This document shows positions 27,352 through 38,200 of a stretch of 64,000 nucleotides of DNA, piece after piece. The notes under the pieces are model-generated. The model saw only the letters and a list, made by a program, of their open reading frames with translations. It searched no databases and had not been told where the DNA came from. The DNA is from Planctomycetota bacterium (GTDB lineage Bacteria; Planctomycetota; GCA-002687715; CAIWVZ01): NCBI GenBank assembly GCA_044222185.1, contig JBGANV010000009.1:64001-128000 (forward strand), given 5' to 3'. Positions within the stretch are counted from its first letter, which is position 1, and every line of letters starts with the position of its first letter. The position numbers and the translations under genes were made by a program.

Positions 27352-27784
27352 AGCCCCAAAACCCGGGCCGCCTCGCTCAGCCGGATCGGCTGCCGATGGG
27401 CTCGCCATCCGGTTCGACGGCTCGATGATCTGCGTGCTTGGCGTGCAGGATCTCGACCGTGCCGTCGGCTGGTACCGCGAACATCTTGGGTTTGGCGTTC
27501 GGGTCGAGGACCGGGATTCGGGTCTTTGCGACCTGGCGAGTCCGGTCACCAACCTCGTGATTCGCCTGCAGCTGGCCGGGGCCGGAGCCTCGCGCCGCCG
27601 GCTTGCTGGCGCGGCCCTTCTGCTCGGAGTGGCTCGGCTCGACGCGGCGCGCCATGCCCTCGAACACGGAGGCGTCGAATTCGATGGGCCGACCCGCACC
27701 GAGGCCGGCAACCGTCGCATCGCGGACTTCCGTGACTCCGAGGGCAATCGTCTCGCCCTCTTCGAGGATTCGGACGGGGAGTGA
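27341..27784 (+). CDS. VOC/glyoxalase family protein
   Basis: VQDLDRAVGWYREHLGF...FRDSEGNRLAL; start uncertain (GTG 27341 or ATG 27425). Confidence 0.75.
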   Translation: MPRKAPKPGPPRSAGSAADGLAIRFDGSMICVLGVQDLDRAVGWYREHLGFGVRVEDRDSGLCDLASPVTNLVIRLQLAGAGASRRRLAGAALLLGVARLDAARHALEHGGVEFDGPTRTEAGNRRIADFRDSEGNRLALFEDSDGE

Positions 27785-28429
27785 ACGGGTGCGGGCCCGG
27801 CGCGGAGGTTGCGGCGGGGAAACCGCCGGTGCTTGCTCGTCAACGGGCGGCGGTTGGTTTTGGACGGACGTGCCCAGGCACTTGCGAAGGGTTTCCAGAG
27901 TTCGGCGGTACCGCACGGCGACGGTATTCGGGGGGATGCCGAGCATTCGACCGATTTCCTCGTTGGGGCGATCCTCCAGTCCCTTCAGCAGCAGAACCTC
28001 CCGCGCCTGGGGGGACAGGCGGAAAAGCTGGTCGGCCAGGACCGACATGAGCTCGCGGGATGCGGCCCGGTGCTCCGCCAGTGCGTGCTGGCCGTCGCAT
28101 GCGCGCTCGCTCAACCCGTCGAGAAGCCGTTCGATCGTCTCCACATCCCGTCGAGGCTTGCCGCGCACGTGCTTTTGAACGAGCGTGCGCCAGCGGTTGT
28201 AGAGGGTCGAGAGGAGAAACCGGACCAATACCGCGGTCCGAGACTCGTTCTCGATGCGGAGCGCGCCGAGCTTGGGCAATGCGGCAACCCATACGTCCGC
28301 CACGAGGTCCTCGGGGTCGTAGAGGGCACGCAGCTCGCCCGTCAGCAGCACTCGAGCGCGGTATCGCAGAAGCGGCGACCAGCGCGCAACGAATGCGGCG
28401 TTCTCGAGAGTATCGGTCACGGTTTGCAC
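27377..28429 (-). CDS. ECF RNA polymerase sigma factor, frame runs on antisense through the VOC gene
   Basis: sigma2 YDPEDLVADVW, sigma4 LSPQAREVLLLKGLEDRPNEEIGRMLGIPPNTVAVRYRR; homology ends near 27870; start uncertain. Confidence 0.75.
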   Translation of the reverse strand: MQTVTDTLENAAFVARWSPLLRYRARVLLTGELRALYDPEDLVADVWVAALPKLGALRIENESRTAVLVRFLLSTLYNRWRTLVQKHVRGKPRRDVETIERLLDGLSERACDGQHALAEHRAASRELMSVLADQLFRLSPQAREVLLLKGLEDRPNEEIGRMLGIPPNTVAVRYRRTLETLRKCLGTSVQNQPPPVDEQAPAVSPPQPPRRARTRSLPVRILEEGETIALGVTEVRDATVAGLGAGRPIEFDASVFEGMARRVEPSHSEQKGRASKPAARGSGPGQLQANHEVGDRTRQVAKTRIPVLDPNAKPKMFAVPADGTVEILHAKHADHRAVEPDGEPIGSRSG

Positions 28430-29266
28430 GCCCGCGGGGAGCGGGTCATCTCCGGGGAAGGATTGCCTACGGCGGCTGTGTTTGCGAAGCCTCGGGTTCC
28501 TCGTCCGACCCGTGGGCGTGGTCACAAGTGTTGGGCGGGGTGAGCGCCGGCCTGACTCGTTCGACGGGCCAGATCGAACCACCGTTCTCGGCGGCTGTCA
28601 AGTCCGTGCCCGAGTGCGAGACGACCCTGCGATGTGACTCCGAAATGTCCGCGTGATCGGTGGCTGCGACGCCCGATTCGCAACGGAGCGTGTGCCCACA
28701 ACCCGAAAGTCCGGTTGGTGATGCGACATGTGGCCACGGACAAGTACGCCGGCTGCGGTAGCGCGAACTCGTCGATCGCGGTTTGCAACGCTCACGCGTC
28801 GCAGCCGCATGTCCGAATGGCGAAAAAGAATTCCAGGTGCGTGTCACCGTGAGGCCCGTCGGCCAATTACTAACCCTGGAGAGTTCGGCGACGGCTGCAC
28901 GTCGCGGTACTGCTTCGTTGGATCGCCTGGGACACGACACGGCCGCGTGGTCGATCGAAAACCGGGCCGTTACGGCGATGCGGTGCGGTCGGTGCGGCCG
29001 GTCCTGCCGCGATACATGCATCCCCTGAAAGCTGTTGACGCGCTCGGCGCCCTGCGCTGGAGCCTGCACCCACGCCGCCTCGCTGCGCCGATACATGGGT
29101 GTCCGTCATCTGCCAACCGACGCATGCGGTTTCTTCAGGTCAGCCGAGCCTCCACGCACCGCGCGACCCCCATACATCTGCGCACGCCGGGCACGGAACG
29201 CCGCGCCCGGCGCATCGCGCTTCGATTTCAGGACGGTTTCCTTCCGCTCCCATCAGGAGAGATGAC

Positions 29267-32200
29267 GTGACTACTCGTTGCATCCCCTCAGCGTTCGCAG
29301 CCTTTGTGCCAGGTCGGACCATCTCAACGCTCGCGGCAGTCCTGCTGACCTTCAGCACCCTGACAGCAACGGCGTTCGCGACCGGCGGTGAAACCGGCCC
29401 GTCGAAGACCGCGGCGTCCGCGCCGCGGTTGGCAACGACGTGGTATGTGAACTCCGCCCTCGGAGCGAACAACCCCGCGCCGACGAACGGTACGGGAACG
29501 GGTGCCGCCGCGTGGCAGACGATTCAGTACGCGATCAGCGATCCGGCCGTGCTCGCCGGTGACACGATCATCGTCGAGGCGGGGAACTACAACGAGGACG
29601 TCAACGTCAACAAGTCGTTGACGATCCAGGGGGCGGGGGCGGGGCTCTCGATCGTGAGTGGGGTGATCGGAGGGCTCAGCACCTCGACCTTCGCCCTTTC
29701 TGCCTCCGGCATCGTGCTTGATGGCTTCACGATCACCCGCGATGGGAACAACCCAGCACAGTGGGCGCTTGCATTGAACACCGCAGGTGCATCGATCATC
29801 GGCCCGAGCCTGACGGGAATCCGGATCAGTAACTGTCTTTTCACCGGAAACCGGACCGGCATCGACATCAACAACTCGAGCGGCCACACGGTTCGGAACA
29901 ATGTCATCGACTTCAACCGCACTGGCATGATCATGCGAAATGCGACGGACAATCTGACCGTCGTCGAGAACAAGATCACCAACAACTACACGCTCGGCGT
30001 GATCTTCCTGGATGCGAGCTCGGGGAGCAATTCGCCCGTCCAGAGCGCTCTGAACTGCACCTTCTTCAACAACGACATCAGTGGCAACTGGTACGCACAG
30101 ATTGTGGACCGCCAGACAGGCGGCTCCCTCCCCCTACCCGGCGCCAATCTCAAGAACCTCAGCGGCAACTGGCTCGGCACGACGGCTCCTGTCGTGACGG
30201 TCGCGAACTCTGCGGAGCCAAGCGGGAACTCGCCGTTTCCGACGGCGTTCGGCGGACCGGACAGTGCTCCCGGCGGCCAGCCCGACATCGCGGGCGCGGC
30301 ATCCGGGAATATCGACTACACGCCGTACCTGAACTCCGGGACTGACACCGACGTCAGCACGGGCTTCGGAACCAGCGGCTTCCAGGGCAACTTCGACAAC
30401 CTCTGGGTGGATGACAGCAGTGTGCAGACGGGCTCCTCAGGCCGCATCCAGGAAGCCATGGGTCTCGTCGTCGACACGCCGACTCGCGGGACGATTCACG
30501 TCCGCGAGGGTACGTACGTCGAGTCGATCGCCCTGACGAAGTACATCCGCCTCGAGGGCGCAGGTGACGGGACGAATCCGCTCGTCGACAGCGTCATCGC
30601 GCCAGCGCCGGGCAACCCCGGCATCAACGTTCAGGCGAGCGGGACGGCATTGGTTCCGATCGAGATCGTCGCCCTGAATCTGACGGGCGGCTCGCACGGC
30701 ATCAACTTCTCCGGAACGCGGTCGCACGTGACGATCGACAACTGCACGTGCCGGAACTCCACCGGCAACGGTGTCGAGATCAACGGAATCGTCGACGACC
30801 TCGACCTCCTGAACGTCGACCTCATCAACAACATGGCCGGTGCGGGGTTCCGCGTCGGAACGACGGGCAAGCTTTCGAACTCGTCGATCACGAACGGCAA
30901 CATCACGGGGAACGACGACGGCGTGCTCGCGCTGTCGGACCTCTCCGCCACGAACAATGAGACCGGTTTCGTGAACGTCACCGTCACGGGCACCACCGTC
31001 TCGAACAACGGCAACAGCCCGTCGGAAGGCAAGGGCCTCTACTTCGAGAAGGCCAGCGGAGTCGCGCTGTCCGGACTCACGGTCAACGCAAACGGAACGG
31101 GGTCGAACTTCCCCGGCGGCGTCCTGCTCAACCTCAAGCGCGGCAACTTCGGCTCGACGTCGATCACGAACTGCGTGATCACGAACACGGCCGCAGGGCC
31201 AGGCGCGAACGGCCGCGCGATTTCCGTCGACGTCCGCAACGACGGAGCGAATGGCCCCACCACGTTCACCGCCGGGAATGGCGTGAGCGTGACCGGGTGC
31301 ACCTGCACCGGGTCCGTCACCGGCATCCTCGTCGGTGAAGAAGGCGCGCTGACTGGGACGTGCCGCGTGAAGATCCAGGGATCAAACCTCTCTTCGAACG
31401 CGTCCGTCGGCCTGTTCGTGTTCGGCAACGCGCTGGTCGACGCCGGCGATTGCTCTAACTCGAACATCACCGGACTCGGCTCGAGCACCGGTGGAAACAC
31501 GTTCACGGGGTACGGCTATCCGCCGAACGGCACGCCGCCATTCAACGCGGCGATCCTCGGCGCCAACGCCGCGACGGGACCGGACATCCTCGCCTTCAAC
31601 AACAACTTCGGGTTGAACGGCGTCAACAACAACTTCGAGACGTACGTGATCGACGGTTCGGACAATCCGGCCCTCGGCCAGGTGCAGGGGTCGCAGTCGA
31701 CGGGCCTCTTCATCACGTGCCCGCCGGCTCAGTCGATTCAGTGCAACGTGCTGCCCGCGGCTGCGACCACGCTCGCACAGTTCCTCGCTGCCGGCGGGAC
31801 GTCCTCAGCCACGGCCGGGACGGTGAGCTCGTCGGACGGAGCCCTCGTCGGAGGCCTCTGCGGAGGCACGCGGACCCGGACCTACACGGTCTCGGATACC
31901 TGCGGCAACTCCACGACCTGCACGCAGGTCTTCACGATCAACGACACGACGCCTCCGACGCTCGTGACTTGCGGGGCCAACCCAGCAAACGTCTCGGTGG
32001 GCGCGAATTGCCTCGGCGTAGTTCCCAACGTCATCGGTGACGTCCAGGCGACAGACAATTGCGCCGTCGGGCCGACGATCACGCAGTCGCCACCGGCCGG
32101 ATCGCTTCTCGGCCTCGGGACTCACACGATCGTGATTTCGATCTCTGACTCCTGCAACACGATCACGTGCAACAAGTCAGTGACGATGGTGGACACGACT

Positions 32201-35200
32201 CCGCCGTCGATCCTCTGCAACGTCGGCTCCGCCACCGTCGATCTCGATTCGGTCTGCCACGCGCTCGTGCCGAACTTCGTGCCGACCGTCACCGCGAGCG
32301 ACACGTGCTCGACGCCTGTCGTCGTGACGCAGAACCCGCCCGCAAACGATCTGCTCACGGGGCCGACGGCACCGGGCAGCCCGATCCTCGTGCAGATGAA
32401 AGCGACCGACGCCGCAGGCAACGTCGCGATCTGCACCGTCGCGTTGCGCGTGCGTGACGTCACGCCGCCGACCATCACCTGCAACGTCGCATCGAGCAAG
32501 GTCTTCGTCGGCCCGGCATGCACCGCCACGATGCCCGACCTCCGCGGCTTCGTGACTGCGAACGACAACTGCAACACGGTGACCCCGGTCCTGGTCTCGC
32601 AGGCTCCGGCCCCGGGCACGGCGCTCACCACGACGCAGCCGATGCCCAACCAGCTCACCGTCGTCTTCACGGCGACGGACGGAAGCAACCTGACGGCGAC
32701 TTGCTCGATGCTGTTCGACCTCATCGACAACACGCCGCCGACGGTTACCGCTGGCACGATCTCGTCTTGCTACCCGACGGTTGCTGCCGCCGAGGCCGCC
32801 GCCATCGCCGCGACGACCGCCGTCGACAACTGCGACCCGAGCGTCGCGAAGACCGCGACGACGAGCGGGACTTGCTCGGCCACGATCACGGTCACGGGAA
32901 CGGACGACACCGGCAATTTCGCCACCGCCGTCTACTCGACGCGGATCGACAACACGGCACCCGTCGCGATCTCCACGGGCCCGATCGGCACGTGCTACCC
33001 GACGGTCGGAGCCGCGCAGGCCGCCGCTCTGATGAACTCCTCTGCGACCGACAACTGCATGGGCCCGCTGGCGCCCAGCGTGTCGACCTCAGGGACGTGC
33101 TCGGCGGTGGTGACGGTGACGTTCGCGGACGGGTGCGGCAACGTTTCGAACGTGCTGACCTACAACACGCGGATCGACAACGCATCGCCGACTGCCGACC
33201 AGGCTTCTGGCGCCCTCGACGCCGCGCTCCAGTGCAGCGACCTCGCAGGGATCTCGGCGGCATTGGCGCAGGCCCCGACGTTCACCGACAACTGCACCGC
33301 GGCGCCGACCGTCACGATGACTGGCGACAACACGGTGGCGGGATCGTGCGCGAATGCCTACACGAGGACGCGAACCTGGACCGCCAGTGACTCCTGCAGC
33401 AACGTCAGCGCCGTCTACACGCAGACCATCACGGTGGTCGACACGACGGCGCCGGTAGCGACGACGACGTCTGGGGCGCTGGACGTAACGATCCAGTGCA
33501 GCGATGCGGCCGGTCTCTCGGCCGCGCTCGGCATGGCGCCGGCGTTCTCCGACAACTGCACCGCCGTTCCGACGTTGAATGGGCCGACGGACTCGACGAC
33601 GTCGAATCCTCCGTGCCCGAACGCCTACACGCGCACCCGGACTTGGACCGCGAGCGACGGCTGTGGCAACACCAGCGCGATCTTCACGCAGACGATCACG
33701 GTGATCGACACGGTCGCGCCGGTCGTCACGACGCCTACCGGCAGCCTGGATGCGACCCTCCAGTGCAGCGATACGGCCGGGATCGCGGCTGCCGTCGCTG
33801 CGGTGCCGTCTGCCAGCGACAACTGCACGGCGTCCCCCACTCTCGTGCCCATCAGTGATGTCACGACGGGAAGCATGACGTGCGCCAACGCGTACGTTCG
33901 CGTCCGGACGTGGAACTTCACGGATGGCTGCAGCAACACGAGTGCGAACTTCGTGCAGACCATCACCGTTGTCGATACGACGGCGCCCCAGGCCACGACG
34001 GCCCCCGGCGCACTCGACGTGACCGTGCAATGCAACGACGTGAGCGGGCTGAACGCGGCCCTCGCCATGACACCGGTCTTCACGGACAACTGCACGGCGT
34101 CGCCGACGGTGTCGATGCAGACGGACGTCACTACGCCGGGAAGCTGCGCCAACGCCTACACGCGCACACGCACGTGGACGGCCAGCGACGGCTGCAGCAA
34201 CACGAGCGCCGTGTTCACGCAGGTGATCACGGTCGTCGACACGACGGCCCCAGTGGTGACGACGGTCGCCGGGAGCCTGGATGCGACAGTGCAGTGCAGC
34301 GACGCGCCAGGCCTTGCCGCCGCGCTCGCCCTCGCCCCGTCGGCGACGGACAACTGCACAGTCGGCCTCGTGCCGAACCTCGTGAGCGACAACACGGTGG
34401 CGACGCCTGGTTGTGCAAACACGTACGTCCGCACCCGCGTGTGGAATTTCAACGACGGCTGCACGAACGTCAGCGCGTCCTTCACGCAGCTCATCACCGT
34501 CATCGACACTCAGGGACCAACGTGGGCCACGTTCCCGGCGGACCAGACGCTCGCGTGCAACCTGCCGCGCGACCCGTGGGCGACGGGCACCCCGACGGCG
34601 ACCGATACCTGTGGGGCCGTGACGATCTCGTACAACGACGATCGTTCCACACTCAATCTGTGCAACTCGACCGGGTTCATCACGCGGACCTGGACTGCGA
34701 CCGACGGCTGCGGCAACACGACGAACCAGAACCAGATCATCAACGTGTTCGATTCGATCGCGCCCGTGCTCGTCACTCCGTGCCCCGCGAACATCCCGGT
34801 TCCTGCCGACCTGAACTCCTGTGCCGCCGTCGTGAACTTCACGCCGCCAACGGCCGTGGACGTCTGCTACGACCAGGGGTTCGAGGACGCCGGCTTCCTG
34901 GCGGATCCGCTCGGACGGTCGACGGACTGGAGCTACGACAACAGCGCCGTTCTCCGCGCGTTGAGCGGGACCGACGGCATCACGTCGGCCACGGGTTCGG
35001 CACACGCGGTCCTCGACTCGACTGCGCCCCCGAGCTTCACCGGCGCGTTCTCACGCCTTGGTGGGTACAACCCGACCTTCGGCACGGGATTCAAGACGTC
35101 GGTGGACATCTATCTCGATATGGCGAATCCGGCGGTGAGCGCCCCGTCGCCAACCTACGGGTGGGACGTGTCGTCCGCGGTGAGCAATCAGGCGAACGGC

Positions 35201-38200
35201 CACCGCCGCGACTTCATCTTCCATGCGGCCTCGTACACGTCAGGGACGATCACGATCGGTGCCAGCAACAACTCGAACTTCACGCGTAGGAACGACCTGC
35301 TTTCGATCAACCACATCACCCTGAACACCTCCGGTTGGTACACGTTCGAGTGGAACTACCGGAACCAAGCCGGGCAGCTTGCCGTCGACATGACGGTTCG
35401 CCCGCTGGCGGGGACTGTCGTGTTCACCGAGGTTCGTACCGACCCATCGGATCTGATCGCGACGATCGTCGGCGGAAGCCGCTACATGTGGTTCACCTTC
35501 CTCGAGGTGGACAAGCTCGCGATCGACAACACGCGGCTCGAGCGCAACGTGGCGATGACGTGCTCGGCATCGAGTGGCTCGTCGTTCCCCGTGGGGACGA
35601 CGCCGGTCACCTGCAATGGTGTGGACGCCTGCGGCAACCCGGTTTCGTGCGGATTCTCGGTGACCGTGACCGACACGCAGCTGCCGTCGATCACCTGCCC
35701 GGGCACGATCCAGGTCGAGTGTTCGTCGCCGATTCCGCCACCAGCGGCCGACCTGCTCGCATTCCAGGGGCTGGGCGGCTCCGCGTCCGACAACTGCCTG
35801 GGCGTGAACGTCACCTGGGTCAGCGACGTCGGATCGCCTCCGGGCTCCGGTTGCGGGAACTACGACATCATCCGCACCTACATCGCGACCGACGCCGCGA
35901 ACAACACCCAGCCGTGCACCCAGACGATCGAGGTCCGTGACACGACGCCGCCGTCGATCACGACTTCCGCTGGCGCTCTGGATGGGACGTTCCAGTGCAG
36001 CAACCTGGCCGGCATCAACCTCGCGTTGGCACTGGCCCCAGCGGCGACCGACAACTGCACGCCGTCACTGACGCCGATCCCGGTGTCGGACAACACGACG
36101 GTGAACCCCTCGTGTGCGAACGCCTACGTGCGCGTCCGCACCTGGAAGTTCACGGATCTCTGCAACAACGACAGCGGTGTCTTCACGCAGACGATCACGG
36201 TGGTCGATACGACCGCGCCTGTGGCGACGACGGCGGCTGGGGCGCTGGATGTGACGATCCAGTGCAACGACGGCCCCGGCCTTTCGGCCGCGATCGGCAT
36301 GGCCCCGGTCTTCTCCGACAACTGCACGGCCGTTCCGACGCTGAGTCCTCCGACGAATTCGGTCACGTTCAGTCCCTCGTGCCCGAACGCCTACACGCAA
36401 ACGCGGACCTGGACGGCGAGCGATGGCTGCGGCAACACGAGCGCGATCTTCACGCAGACGATCACGGTGATCGACACGATCGCGCCTGTCGTGACGACCG
36501 TCGCGGGCAGCCTGGATGCGACGCTTCAGTGCAGCGACACGGCCGGGATCGCCGCCGCGGCCGCCGCGCTTCCGTCCGCCACCGACAACTGCACGGCGTC
36601 GCCGACGCGCGTGCTGGTCAGTGACCTCACGACGGGCAGCATGACGTGCGCCAACGCGTACGTCCGCGTCCGGACGTGGAACTTCACGGACGGCTGCAGC
36701 AACACCAGTGCGAACTTCGTGCAGACCATCACCGTGGTGGACACGACCGCGCCCCAGGCCACGACCGCTCCGGGTGCGCTCGACGTGACCCTGCAGTGCA
36801 GCGACGCGAGCGGCCTTGCCGCGGCTCTCACCATGGCGCCGGTATTCACCGACAACTGCACGATGTCGCCGGTGCTGAGCCTGCCGACCGACGTCACGAC
36901 GCAGAACCCGCCGTGCCCGAACGCCTACACGCGCACCCGCGCGTGGACGGCGAGCGACGGCTGCGGAAACACGAGCGCTGTCTTCACGCAAGTGATCACG
37001 GTGATCGACACCGTTGCCCCGGTCGCCAGCGGTAGCCCGATCGCTGCTTGGTACCCGAGCCAGGCGGCTGCGGGCTCGGCCGCGGAAGCGGCAACCTCTG
37101 CGACGGACAATTGCACCGCTACACCCACCCGAAACATCTCGTTCTCGGGTTCCGGATGCTCACTGACGATCACCGTGACGTTCACGGACGGCTGCAGCAA
37201 CACGTCGAACGCCATCGTTTACAACACGGTGATCGACGGCACCGACCCGGTGATCTCCGGCTGCCCGGCGAACCAGGTCTACAACGCGGCGCCGGGCGAG
37301 TGCTCGCACGTGTTCACGTGGACGCCGCCGACGGCGACGGACAACTGCTCGCTCGCGACCTTCACCTCGAACCACGCACCGGGCGAGGTCTTCCTCCCCG
37401 GCACCACGACCGTCACCTACACGGCGACGGATGCGTGTGGACACGTCTCGATCTGCAGCTTCACGCTGACGATCAACGGAGACTTCGGCCACGTCGAGTG
37501 CTACCCGACGGGCACGGCGCCGGCGGAGGTGGCGGTGGCGGAACTCGGTGTCGCGGGTAACACCACGGCTACGGGCCTGCCGGCGGGCAAGGACATCGTC
37601 ACGGCCGACAGCGGCAGCGACAGCCTGACCGTTCGGTTCAACGACGGGACGGGCAACTTCAGTGCCAGCTCGACGACGATCCTGTTGAGCAACGGCGACA
37701 CGCCGGTCGCAGTGGTCGTGGGAAGCTTCACTGCGAGCAGCATGGGCAAGGATCTGGCGGTGGCCTGCAAGGGCCGCGTCAGCCCGCCAGTGCCAAGCTC
37801 GGTGAAGTTCCTGCGGAACACGGGGGCCGGGTGGGTCTTCGACCACGCCGTGACGCTGGGCGCGCACACGAACCCGATCCAGATCGCAGCTGGGGACCTC
37901 GATCAGATCCCGGCGTCGTTCGACGATCTGGCGGTGGTGTGCCAGGGCACGCTGTTCACGCCGGGAACGGCGGGAATGGGCGTGATCCTGAACAGCGCGG
38001 CGTACACGATCCTGGATACCTCGACGGGTGGCTACACGCCGCAAGACGTGGCCATCGGTGACCTGAACGGCATCCAGGACGGCGTGATGGACGTCGTGGC
38101 AGTCGAAGAGGGTGGCGCGATCGTGTCGCCCAACCGTGTGTCGCTCTACATGGGCATCGGTGGTGGTTCGTTCTTGCCGCGAGCGTTCATGAACACGTCG

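Noticed and set aside
28430-29266. Small ORFs in the ECF-giant gene spacer
   Set aside because: Overlapping, no SD, no motifs, atypical composition.
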